DNA from: a virus
Lineage: Duplodnaviria > Caudoviricetes
Direction: 5' to 3' (one strand)
Virus record (IMG/VR): IMGVR_UViG_3300047282_000185
Span: 1 to 35,742 of that record
Length of the DNA: 35,742 bases
Shown here: piece by piece, positions 23,413-31,824 of the stretch
Numbering within the stretch: position 1 is the first letter of the stretch
Layout: every line of letters starts with the position of its first letter
Notes under the pieces: generated by a model
Databases searched by the model: none
What the model was told of the DNA's origin: nothing
Seen by the model: only the letters and a program-made list of their open reading frames with translations
Translations under genes and position numbers: made by a program

Positions 23413-24387
23413 TTAGGCCGGGACGGCCAGAGCGAAGGCAGCGGAGGCGTTCGAAGCGGTGCTGGTAGCCGAGGTACGCAGCGCCTTGACACCGTAAATG
23501 GTGTCAGCGGTGAACAGCGTGCCCAGGTATTCCTGCTTGTACTGGGTCTGCGAGCGGATGCCCAGTTGCTCAATCAGCACCATAGCGTCGCGGTGGCCCA
23601 TCAGGCAGATGCGGTCAGCGCCAGAGTTACCAGCGCCAGTGTCGGCGTTGGTGGAGGCGAAGACGGCCATGCCGTACAGTTGACCGATTTCGCCGTTGCG
23701 GATCGCATCGCCGTTGCCGATGAAGGCTTGCTCGGTGTAGCGGGCCAGACCCATCAGGGTGTTACGGCTAGACGGGGGGATCAGGAAGAAACGGCCGTCC
23801 ATCGGAACGTCGTTGTCGTCCAGGCGCTGGATGGTGCGACGGATCGCGGCATCGGTCAGCGCAGCGGCGTTGGAGGTGGTGCTGTTGTAAGCAGTCGTGC
23901 CATCAGAGCCAATGTAAGCCTTGGTGGTCGTGTTGCTGGTGGCGTAGTCGTCGGTGCCAACGGTTGCGCCGTTGAAAGCGCGGCCCAGTTGAACCAGATC
24001 GGTGTCGATGCGACGAGCCAGGGCGTAACCAGCGTCTTCCGTGTAGAAAGAACGCAGGCTGGTCAGGGCTTGCACTTCAACGATGTCTTCGATCAGGCGG
24101 CTGTACTCATAGTGCTTGTTGATCAGCACTTGAATGTTGCTGTCCGACTCAGCGATCAGGGTCACGGCGTCGGTAGCGGCCTTGGCGTTGGCGGTGCCAC
24201 GAGCGGGCGAGGGGATGTTAACGGTGTCACCCTTCTTGCCCTTGAAGTTCATGCGCTTGACGAGGTTCGCCAGAACGAGGTTCTTCTTGTAGGCGGCAAC
24301 AATCTCATCACTCCAAATCTCGGGGATGAAGTTCGCTGCGGAAGTGGTAGTTACACTATTAGTCGGGGAAAAGGCGGTGTTTGCCAT
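23413..24387 (-). CDS. Major capsid protein (HK97 fold, P22-coat-like)
   Basis: FIPEIWS, GDTVNIP, GYALARRID, LDDNDVP, GEIGQLYG, D.IYG; biased codon use; flanked by scaffold and terminator. Confidence 0.9.
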   Translation of the reverse strand: MANTAFSPTNSVTTTSAANFIPEIWSDEIVAAYKKNLVLANLVKRMNFKGKKGDTVNIPSPARGTANAKAATDAVTLIAESDSNIQVLINKHYEYSRLIEDIVEVQALTSLRSFYTEDAGYALARRIDTDLVQLGRAFNGATVGTDDYATSNTTTKAYIGSDGTTAYNSTTSNAAALTDAAIRRTIQRLDDNDVPMDGRFFLIPPSSRNTLMGLARYTEQAFIGNGDAIRNGEIGQLYGMAVFASTNADTGAGNSGADRICLMGHRDAMVLIEQLGIRSQTQYKQEYLGTLFTADTIYGVKALRTSATSTASNASAAFALAVPA

Positions 24388-24414
24388 GATTCAAATCTCC
24401 AGAAAAAGAAAGGT

Positions 24415-25146
24415 TTAACGAACCCGTCCCTCTGCGTATGCCTTCATAATTTCATCAGAAAGCATTTCGTAGCGGCCTGGGTCGGTCATCTTGAGCCGGA
24501 TGAGGTCTGCGCGTCGATAGACTCGTTTGGAGCTTTCCCCGGAGCCACCTACGTCAACTTGCGCGGCTTTCATGCTTTGCTTCCTCGTCGCCTCACCGGC
24601 GTCCTCGGTTGCCTTGGCCTTCACGCCACGAAGTTGTTTATAGGTTGAGAGCAGTTCGTTAGCCGCGTCGAAATCAAACTCACCATCGGCCTTTGCGTAG
24701 AGGCCCACCCGCACGGGGGAGGCTTTCACCCAAGACGCAAACTCAGGGTCTTGAACCAACTGAGTGTAGTCAGGGTGCTCTTGCGCCAGCCTTTGCTGGG
24801 TCTGCATCCGTTTGAAGTCAGCAGCAGCTTGACGCGCAGCCAGCACATCGGGATGTTGTTCGACAGTCTTTTGAACCGCTTTCTTGGGGTCTTCAAAGAA
24901 ATCTACTTCAGGCTCTTCATCCTTGGGTTGTTGCTTAGAACTGATACTCTGCTTGAGCAGCTCATCGGCGAGTTTTCGCACTTCGCCCACTTCCTGGGCT
25001 TGCTTGCCAATCAGTTTTTCAGCCTCTTGGTGCATGCGAATGACTTCCTCCAGAGACTTGGCCCGATATTTCTCGGGGATCTCGGGTTTGGATTCCTCGA
25101 CAGCTTCGATTTCGCTGGGCGGGTTCTGTTCTTCGTCAATCAACAT
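24415..25146 (-). CDS. Capsid scaffolding protein
   Basis: Acidic N-terminus, IPEKYRAKS...EAEKLIGKQAQEVGE, C-terminal EIMKAYAEGRV; precedes the MCP. Confidence 0.8.
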   Translation of the reverse strand: MLIDEEQNPPSEIEAVEESKPEIPEKYRAKSLEEVIRMHQEAEKLIGKQAQEVGEVRKLADELLKQSISSKQQPKDEEPEVDFFEDPKKAVQKTVEQHPDVLAARQAAADFKRMQTQQRLAQEHPDYTQLVQDPEFASWVKASPVRVGLYAKADGEFDFDAANELLSTYKQLRGVKAKATEDAGEATRKQSMKAAQVDVGGSGESSKRVYRRADLIRLKMTDPGRYEMLSDEIMKAYAEGRVR

Positions 25147-25196
25147 ATTTGGTTCCTGCCAATCTGGTTGTAGGAGATTCAACTCGGCATTCCTGC

Positions 25197-25427
25197 TTAT
25201 GAGTTGGCTTTACGCTCTGCATTCAACTTTTCGATGTGTTTGCGCTCAAACCGCCCGTGTTCGGACGGAAAGTGCCCAGACCAACCTTCGAGTTTGAAAG
25301 TAGGAGCGCTCATAACGCGCATGGCGCTGCCGCCACACGCACACTGAACGCTGGCCGACTCATAATCGGTCAGACGCTCAATTCGTTGTCCGCATTCGCA
25401 GACGAATTCATAAATTCGCTTCGGCAC
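25197..25427 (-). CDS. FmdB-like zinc-ribbon protein
   Basis: IYEFVCECG...CACGG..RVMSAP; GTG start with GAGGA SD. Confidence 0.75.
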   Translation of the reverse strand: MPKRIYEFVCECGQRIERLTDYESASVQCACGGSAMRVMSAPTFKLEGWSGHFPSEHGRFERKHIEKLNAERKANS

Positions 25428-25650
25428 GCAAGTCCTCGTAGGCTCGTTCACTTATCTGCTTGAGGTTCCGAACCCAAAGCAGGATGGACAATTCGCCCTT
25501 GCGAAATTGCAAGGCGTTGCCGTCTTCAATCGTAGAAATATTGTTTAACGATTCCAGCATCTTGTCAACATCTTCCATCAGGTCTATCCAGCCCTGTTGA
25601 GAGAACATGCTAAATCTTTCCTCGTAATATTTCTGAAGTTCAGGGGTCAT
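25408..25650 (-). CDS. Conserved small head-module protein (Bbp19-like)
   Basis: FSQQGW...QFRKGEL pattern typical of small genes near portal/scaffold. Confidence 0.65.
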   Translation of the reverse strand: MTPELQKYYEERFSMFSQQGWIDLMEDVDKMLESLNNISTIEDGNALQFRKGELSILLWVRNLKQISERAYEDLRAEANL

Positions 25651-26108
25651 TGAGTGGCTTGCCTTACGATGAAGATGATGAGAACGCCCAAGATGATGAC
25701 AGTAATGACCGCGCCGATGATCTGAGCGGCCAGGATGCGCTGGGCCACTAGCTTGCGCCGGGCGATGCGAGCCTCCCGCTCGGACTTCTCGCGGGCCTGA
25801 CGGATCTTTGCGCGCTCAATGAGCATCTGCTCCCAGAGTTCGGGATACCCCCCGTAGACCAGTTGATGTTTCAATTGTTCCTCCATTTCGCGCAACTGAT
25901 TGGCCTGCATGACGATTTCCATCGCCTTGCCGGTATCAGACTGCCCCTTCTTGCCCGCATCGTTAGCCGCCTTCTGGACAGCGTCCTTGGCATCAAAAAA
26001 CTTCCCAAACTCGCCCACCAGACCCTGGATGTCCTTGCCGAGTTTGATCGCCTTTTGGATGCCAGCGACAGCAGCCTGGGCGGCAGCGAATGCGGTTATA
26101 GGATCCAT
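25647..26108 (-). CDS. Coiled-coil protein with C-terminal TM anchor (153 aa)
   Basis: MDPITAFAAAQAAVAGIQKAI...; hydrophobic C-terminus IIGAVITVIILGVLIIFIV. Confidence 0.75.
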   Translation of the reverse strand: MDPITAFAAAQAAVAGIQKAIKLGKDIQGLVGEFGKFFDAKDAVQKAANDAGKKGQSDTGKAMEIVMQANQLREMEEQLKHQLVYGGYPELWEQMLIERAKIRQAREKSEREARIARRKLVAQRILAAQIIGAVITVIILGVLIIFIVRQATQ

Positions 26109-26185
26109 ATCGTCACCTGAACGAGGCACCACACTGATGCAAAGAGCATCAGTGCAATGATGAGCGCCAGAATCCAGTCGATCAT
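26096..26185 (-). CDS. 29-aa hydrophobic microprotein (MIDWILALIIALMLFASVWCLVQVTIWIL)
   Basis: Translated by hand; ATGA overlap upstream; fills the gap. Confidence 0.5.
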   Translation of the reverse strand: MIDWILALIIALMLFASVWCLVQVTIWIL

Positions 26186-26382
26186 TTCCAGTGGCTAGTC
26201 ACCCAGGAGATGCCAGCGCCAACCATGCTGGCGATGGTCATGCCCATCCAGAAACCACCCTTGCCTTTGTTGGCCAGGGCAATCAGTTCTTCAAGCTGGC
26301 GTTCCATCTTGTCGATCTTCTTGTCCATCGTCTGGACGCGCTCCCACAGCACACCGTACTTGACCAGATCAATCTCCTCCAT
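26182..26382 (-). CDS. XhlA/holin-like small membrane protein (coiled coil + C-terminal TM)
   Basis: 66 aa; ANKGKGGFW followed by a TM helix. Confidence 0.65.
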   Translation of the reverse strand: MEEIDLVKYGVLWERVQTMDKKIDKMERQLEELIALANKGKGGFWMGMTIASMVGAGISWVTSHWK

Positions 26383-26385
26383 GGT

Positions 26386-26562
26386 TTACTCCGTCGGCGC
26401 ATCCGCAGGCAGCGGCTCGTTACCTTCAGCCAGCCACGCGAGGTACTGCTGGTAGTCGGTGTTGGCGGGGTCGAACAAAAATGACTTGCACGGGCCTTCT
26501 CCAACAGTCATAACCGCGTTGGGCTGGGGTATCTCCGGCGAGGTTCTATAAAGTTTGTACAT
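26386..26562 (-). CDS. Tail fibre assembly chaperone-like protein (58 aa)
   Basis: DPANTDYQQYLAWLAEGNEPLPAD motif following a fibre gene. Confidence 0.7.
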   Translation of the reverse strand: MYKLYRTSPEIPQPNAVMTVGEGPCKSFLFDPANTDYQQYLAWLAEGNEPLPADAPTE

Positions 26563-27671
26563 CACAACTCCATCCCAGTGAATCCAATATACGCCGTGCC
26601 TGTTTGCCAAATTGCTCGACCATAGGCGTTAGACGTACCGCCCGATACAGTAAAGGTAATGGTTACAATTTGATTGTTAGCCCGGTTAAACGCAACTGCG
26701 CTGGGCGTAAAGTTTGATGCGTTCTGAACAAAAAATGTCCCGGCTGAAGAAGTCTCTATGCCGGTCGGCGCGGTTCTCCCAATAACAGGCAATATAAATT
26801 CGCCTTGGAAGTTGGTACTGCTATGAAAACCACCAAGGCAGAACGTCGTGTTGTTCGTGGATTCCGTGAGGCGGTAGTAATACCGCTGACACAGCATCAA
26901 CATCTCACCATACGGCCTGCGCTCAAACGGCGAGGCCACAGTGCCAGCTTCAAGCTGCACGCCGGTGATGTAGAAGGTGGCTCCGTTGGTGCCGACTACG
27001 CTGGTGGCTCCGGTGGCTGAGAGGTAGTTTGCGCTTGCCCACGATCCGGCGGTACCGCTGAATGTCGCTCCAACACCGAAGCCAAAGACAAGCACCATCC
27101 CCCTGCCTGTTGTGGTTAGCCACGTTCCAGACGTATCGCCAGCGATAGTGACGGATTTTTGCTCCCAAGTGTTTGCCGCGTTGATGGTGTAGGTAAATGG
27201 ATAAGAGCGATTGCCAGCATCGTTAACAATCGATCCTCCAAATGTCCCTGTTAAAGAGCTACGAACCCAAAACGACAAAGTAACTGTTGCCGCACTCGCG
27301 GTGCCCCAAGCCAAATCAGCGACGTTCAGCCCTTCAATTGCCTGCCTAACGGTAAAATAATCACCCGTCAAAACAGAATACGCAGACGAAGATGTGACTA
27401 AAAGACTGTTAGTAAACCCAGTTGGGGCTGTAGAACTTTGTTGCGTTGTAAATTTTGATGACTGGTTAATTAAAAACTGCCATCTGTCCAATGTGTAAGT
27501 AGTTGCTGTCGGCGTCACACTCGCCCCAGCATTCCTCTGGTCAATCCGCATGTCGCCGTTGATGATGCGGTTGCGGAAGCCCATGCTATTAGGCGGCGAG
27601 GCCACGCCGTATAGCTGGGCGTTGCTGCCGCCAGAGGTGTCGTAGTAGTTGTTAGCGCGTACGGTGCTCAT
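26562..27671 (-). CDS. Tail fibre / receptor-binding protein with carbohydrate-binding-like domain
   Basis: FRNRIINGDMRIDQRN...TLSFWVRS...GVQLEAG...FERR...CQRYY. Confidence 0.8.
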   Translation of the reverse strand: MSTVRANNYYDTSGGSNAQLYGVASPPNSMGFRNRIINGDMRIDQRNAGASVTPTATTYTLDRWQFLINQSSKFTTQQSSTAPTGFTNSLLVTSSSAYSVLTGDYFTVRQAIEGLNVADLAWGTASAATVTLSFWVRSSLTGTFGGSIVNDAGNRSYPFTYTINAANTWEQKSVTIAGDTSGTWLTTTGRGMVLVFGFGVGATFSGTAGSWASANYLSATGATSVVGTNGATFYITGVQLEAGTVASPFERRPYGEMLMLCQRYYYRLTESTNNTTFCLGGFHSSTNFQGEFILPVIGRTAPTGIETSSAGTFFVQNASNFTPSAVAFNRANNQIVTITFTVSGGTSNAYGRAIWQTGTAYIGFTGMEL

Positions 27672-27829
27672 GCCAGTTGCTCCTCGGTCGGGCGGGGCAG
27701 AGTCGGATGGTTCCACGCGGCAATGTAGTCGCCACGGCCATCGCTGTCGTTTTGCAGCGTAATGACAGTGAAGAAATCTTCTTGCTTTAGGCTTGGATAC
27801 AACGCCATGATTTTTTCGTACAAAGTCAT
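27668..27829 (-). CDS. XkdW-like fibre accessory protein (53 aa)
   Basis: Translated by hand: LQNDSDGRGDYIAAWNHPTLPRPTEEQL; coupled at both ends. Confidence 0.7.
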   Translation of the reverse strand: MTLYEKIMALYPSLKQEDFFTVITLQNDSDGRGDYIAAWNHPTLPRPTEEQLA

Positions 27830-28395
27830 TATCCTGCCCTCACAAGAGATGCGCTGAAATAGGTTTGCGTGGCGCTACCTTTAACGCTGATGTTGTTGCC
27901 AGAAATCACATACAGCTCAACGTAATCTGTGGAGCCGTTCAGGTATACAAGTTGGCTGATCACGGAGCCGTTGCGAACGCCGCCAACATCAATGCCAGCA
28001 ACGCCGCCAGAGCCGTAGTTCAAGATAGAGCCGTTCTTGTATAAAACAGAGAACAAGGCCGCGTCGGTGGTCGGCTTGATAGCCCCGTTGACCTGATAGT
28101 AGCCAGCAACAGCGGGAGTAAATCGGTAGTTTGTTGTTGAGTCAAAATTAGAGTTGGTGTCAAACAACTCGGTATTGATCTGAACCTTGGTGAAAGTGTT
28201 GTTTGTGATGCTCTGGTCGTTGGCAGCATACGCACTAAACGCAGGCCCGTTCACCGGCACACCAGCCGTGCCCGTAGTCAGAAGCGTCCCCGTGCTATCC
28301 GGCAGGCTCAAAGTGCGGTTCGTGTTGCTGTTGGGCGCTTCAATGGTGAAGATGCCGGTGCCCGAGGCATTCGGCGCTAGTTTGATGCTGCTCAT
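27829..28395 (-). CDS. Fibre protein with C1q/TNF-like head domain (188 aa)
   Basis: PAFSAY...FDTNSNFD...RFTPAVAGYYQV...LYKNG...YLNGSTDYVELY. Confidence 0.75.
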   Translation of the reverse strand: MSSIKLAPNASGTGIFTIEAPNSNTNRTLSLPDSTGTLLTTGTAGVPVNGPAFSAYAANDQSITNNTFTKVQINTELFDTNSNFDSTTNYRFTPAVAGYYQVNGAIKPTTDAALFSVLYKNGSILNYGSGGVAGIDVGGVRNGSVISQLVYLNGSTDYVELYVISGNNISVKGSATQTYFSASLVRAG

Positions 28396-28460
28396 TTGGC
28401 CTCCAGTGCGGCGATGCGGGCCGTCAGCGATTCGATGAGGGTTTGCAAGATAACTTCTCC

Positions 28461-29543
28461 TCAACCGCAGTAAAGAACGGCAGGGACGCAGTACGACCCA
28501 TCGGCATATTCATGCGTTTTGATTGTGCAAGTGACTTTGCCAATCGTGCTGGAGCGCATGATGTCGTCGGCCTGAACGCGGGCGGTTCCATCACCATTGG
28601 ACTCCAACAGGTCGCCTTCCTGCACCACCACCGCGCCGTTCACCCGGCAAACAAACGCGCCGACAGAGGTGACCAACATATCGTTCGTGGCAATCCAATC
28701 CTCATCCCAGCACATGAACACGCCGTAGACTTTTTTGCTGCTAGCAGCATCGCTGACTTTCACGCGGCACAGGCGCTCGGTTGTAGGCTCATCGGGCCAC
28801 TGACACAGTTCATCAATAGATTCCATGACTGTGCCACGAAGAATCTCTGGCTTGCTCCCGTCAGAGAGTTGTGACCAGTGCGAACCTGCAAATGCGTTGT
28901 AGGAGACGGTTTCGCCCGATACCGAAATGGTTCCTTTTTCTGAGCCGCCTCTTTGAAAAGAAACTAAGTTGCCGTCGCTCGTTAGGCGGTTGACCCGCAA
29001 AGATGAGTTGCCATCAGTCGTCAGGTTTAGCTGCTTTACAGAAGCGTCATAGTTGAAGCCCGCAGTACCAAAATCGGTGGTTGTTTTCGCCACCAGCAGA
29101 TTCCCGCTGGTAAAACGAGCACGCTCAATGTTGTTTTCAATAAAGGCAACTACATTGTTCGTGATTGACCCAATGTTTACGCTGTTTGCTCCAGCATACG
29201 AAGTGTCCGAGCCTCCGTTGTGCCGGAACATCGAAGCCTCTCCGCCAGCGTTGTAGACGATCATCCCCGACGCATACGACGCATTGTTGTTACGCAAATA
29301 GACCTGAGCGGTGGTGGTGTCGTTGACAGTGACATCCAGCTTGCGTTGCGGCGAACTCGTCCCGATGCCCACATCACCACCGCTGGTTGCCCTCAGCCTC
29401 TCACTGCCACCCGTAGCAATCGCCACAGTGTCCGCAGCGGGATAAAAGACACCCGTATTCGTGTCCGTTCCTTGGACGGCGGGTGTGGTTGCCGAGCCGT
29501 CAACCCCAGCAATACCAGTTGTGCCGTTGATCGTGATAGGCAT
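28461..29543 (-). CDS. Tail fibre with C-terminal intramolecular-chaperone-like (peptidase G2-like) domain
   Basis: GDVGIGTSSP beta repeats, ERARFTSG; C-terminal HWSQL...VKVSD...GDLLESNGDG...TIGKV...LYCG. Confidence 0.75.
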   Translation of the reverse strand: MPITINGTTGIAGVDGSATTPAVQGTDTNTGVFYPAADTVAIATGGSERLRATSGGDVGIGTSSPQRKLDVTVNDTTTAQVYLRNNNASYASGMIVYNAGGEASMFRHNGGSDTSYAGANSVNIGSITNNVVAFIENNIERARFTSGNLLVAKTTTDFGTAGFNYDASVKQLNLTTDGNSSLRVNRLTSDGNLVSFQRGGSEKGTISVSGETVSYNAFAGSHWSQLSDGSKPEILRGTVMESIDELCQWPDEPTTERLCRVKVSDAASSKKVYGVFMCWDEDWIATNDMLVTSVGAFVCRVNGAVVVQEGDLLESNGDGTARVQADDIMRSSTIGKVTCTIKTHEYADGSYCVPAVLYCG

Positions 29544-29553
29544 ATCTACTCCT

Positions 29554-31824
29554 CTACACTACTGTCCACACTGCGCCAGAGCTAACAGTCACCGTGATGC
29601 CGCTGTTAACTGTTACCGGCCCTGCGCTCAGGCCGTTGTCAGTCGCAGCAATCGTGTAGTTTTCAGCAATCGTCTGACTGTTAACGTGGATGCCGTTGCT
29701 GGAGCGATGCACAGTCGAACTCAACTCGCCAGTGCTAGGCTTGTAGAGCAACTTGGCATTGCCCGTATAGATCGTCGTGAGCGAACCCGACGTAGCCGCA
29801 GCAAAGAGCGGGTATAGATTGCTAGTCGTTGAAGTGTCGTTCGAGGCCGTGACGCCTGCCGTTGCCCAGGAGGTATTCGTGCCGTCTGTCGTCAGGTACT
29901 TGCCCGAGTTGCCAGTCTGACTGGGCGCAAGTGCATTAAATGCAGCATTCGCAGTAGTTTGACCCGTACCGCCGTTGGCAATCGGCAGCGTGCCCGTCAC
30001 CTGGGTCGAGAGGCTCACCCCAGAGAGCGTGCCGCCTAGCGTCAAGTTGCCCGATGAGGTGACAGTGCCCGTAAGCGTGATGCCGTTGACTGTGCCCGTA
30101 CCGCCGACGCTCGTGACAGTGCCCACATACTGATCATTAGAGGTGATCGTAAAGTTGGGGTAGGTGCCTGTGACGCTCGTCGTGCCAGCGCCCGTCAGCG
30201 ACACCGTCTGATCGGGGGCTGTGTTGGTGACAGTAACTGTGTTAGTTCCTGAAACCGAAATCCCCGTGCCAGCGGTTATTGTGCGAACACCATTGTTGGT
30301 GATGGTGATGTCGTTGGTGCCAGTAACCGAAATGCCGTCGCCCGCCTGGGCAGTTCGCACACCGCTGTTGGTGATCGTGATCGACCCCGCACCCTCGGTG
30401 ATGCTGATGCCGTTACCATCGGTCAGCGTGTGTTTTTCCCACAGGCTGGTCGATTCGTTATAGATCAGCACCTGCCCGTTTGTCGCATTCTGAGCCGACA
30501 CGTTGTGCAGCTCATCCATCTCGTAGCCGTTTTGGATGCGAACTTCAATCGAACCCTGGTTAACGTGGCTGCGAGTGACCACCCCGACATACACAAGATG
30601 ATTCGGGGCGTACTGCTTGGTGGAGGTGTATGTCCCCGCCGTGGTGGAACTCAGATAAAGCTGCGTGCCGTTAGCAAAAGCAGAAGTGTCCAGGCCAGAG
30701 ATATCGCCCGCCAAAATGGCATAGCCGTTGTTATTGTTGGCGATATCGGCAAAGATCAGGCCAAACGTCTGAGCCGAGGTTGCATCACTTGTTGCAATCG
30801 CTTTGGAGACTGTGGCCTTGTTGCCAGAAGCCCCGCTGATGTAGACCACCGTGCCTTTGGACAGCGTAGCCCCAGTCTCGTTGCGAACCTGAGCAATCAG
30901 GCGCGGGGATGAATAGACCGCCAGATCAACCGCCGGGCCAGTGGTCGTGACTGTGACGCTGCTGTCAGCCGAGGCAATCGTTTGGATAACGTCCGACTGG
31001 TCAATCTTTTGCCAGACTGTGCCGTTGAACATCAGCCAGTCGCCAACTTGCCAGTCGGTGATGCCGTCTAGGTTCGTGCTGCCAGCCGTGGCAACGATGT
31101 AGTAGTAGCCGTTCGTCCCAACGCCAGAGGCCAGCGTCGGGGTGTTCGTGCTAGCGTTCCAGGTACCCTGGTAGGACAGGCCACCGGCTACCGCCGCCCA
31201 TGACAGCACCGAGCCGTTGGTCGTGAGGAACTTACCCGCATTGCCCGTCTGGCTGGGGATGAGGTTGTCAATCTGGGTTTGAAGACTCGCAAGAGTATCA
31301 AGCACCGTCTGGCTCGTACCACCGCCATTGGTGATCACCTTGATCTTCTCAGCCAGGTCAGGGGCTACCACCTCGCCCACGTTGATCTCGCGCCCGGTGG
31401 ATAGCGAGATGATCAGCGAGCCGTCAAAGTCAATGCGCGCATCAGTGACCGAGACGCCATCTTCACCATCGCGGCCATCCACGCCATCACGGCCTGCAGG
31501 ACCACGCGGCCCCATTGCCCCATCACGGCCCGCACGCCCATCCTTGCCGGGCCTGCCATCCACACCATCGCGCCCGTCCTGGCCATCCTTGATGGAGGCC
31601 ACCCGCGCTTCGATCTTGTTGCCGACCTCGTCGTAGCGGGACTTGATGTCCGCTTCAATGCGTTTAAGGGCTTCAATGACCAGACGGGCCTGCTCACCCA
31701 CGCGCTGCTTTTGCAACTCGCGGGCTTGGCCCATCGTGGTCTTAATCGACTGAAGAACAGCCTTTTGCTGCTCCTCGGTCATTCCCTTGAGGATTAGCTG
31801 CTTGGCAAGGCTTTCAACGTCCAT
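29554..31824 (-). CDS. Long fibre protein with coiled coil, collagen-like repeats and Thr/Gly-rich shaft
   Basis: About 14 Gly-X-Y triplets (GQDGRDGVDGRP...), YQGTWNASTNTP, repeated GISVTG units, GTLPIANGGTG, C-terminal SAGPVTVNSG..WTVV. Confidence 0.8.
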   Translation of the reverse strand: MDVESLAKQLILKGMTEEQQKAVLQSIKTTMGQARELQKQRVGEQARLVIEALKRIEADIKSRYDEVGNKIEARVASIKDGQDGRDGVDGRPGKDGRAGRDGAMGPRGPAGRDGVDGRDGEDGVSVTDARIDFDGSLIISLSTGREINVGEVVAPDLAEKIKVITNGGGTSQTVLDTLASLQTQIDNLIPSQTGNAGKFLTTNGSVLSWAAVAGGLSYQGTWNASTNTPTLASGVGTNGYYYIVATAGSTNLDGITDWQVGDWLMFNGTVWQKIDQSDVIQTIASADSSVTVTTTGPAVDLAVYSSPRLIAQVRNETGATLSKGTVVYISGASGNKATVSKAIATSDATSAQTFGLIFADIANNNNGYAILAGDISGLDTSAFANGTQLYLSSTTAGTYTSTKQYAPNHLVYVGVVTRSHVNQGSIEVRIQNGYEMDELHNVSAQNATNGQVLIYNESTSLWEKHTLTDGNGISITEGAGSITITNSGVRTAQAGDGISVTGTNDITITNNGVRTITAGTGISVSGTNTVTVTNTAPDQTVSLTGAGTTSVTGTYPNFTITSNDQYVGTVTSVGGTGTVNGITLTGTVTSSGNLTLGGTLSGVSLSTQVTGTLPIANGGTGQTTANAAFNALAPSQTGNSGKYLTTDGTNTSWATAGVTASNDTSTTSNLYPLFAAATSGSLTTIYTGNAKLLYKPSTGELSSTVHRSSNGIHVNSQTIAENYTIAATDNGLSAGPVTVNSGITVTVSSGAVWTVV

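Noticed and set aside
23271-23573. Alternative-frame ORF across the MCP end suggesting a T7 10B-like frameshift
   Set aside because: No clear slippery heptamer near the MCP stop, tandem TAA TGA stops, and the frame crosses a terminator with low-complexity sequence.
22798-24648. 616-aa + strand ORF antisense to the capsid genes
   Set aside because: Shadow ORF expected from biased high-GC codon use on the opposite strand; no SD or promoter and no recognisable motifs.
26562-31824. Diversity-generating retroelement or invertible tail-fibre switch
   Set aside because: No reverse transcriptase, recombinase, TR/VR pair or inverted fibre cassette seen.
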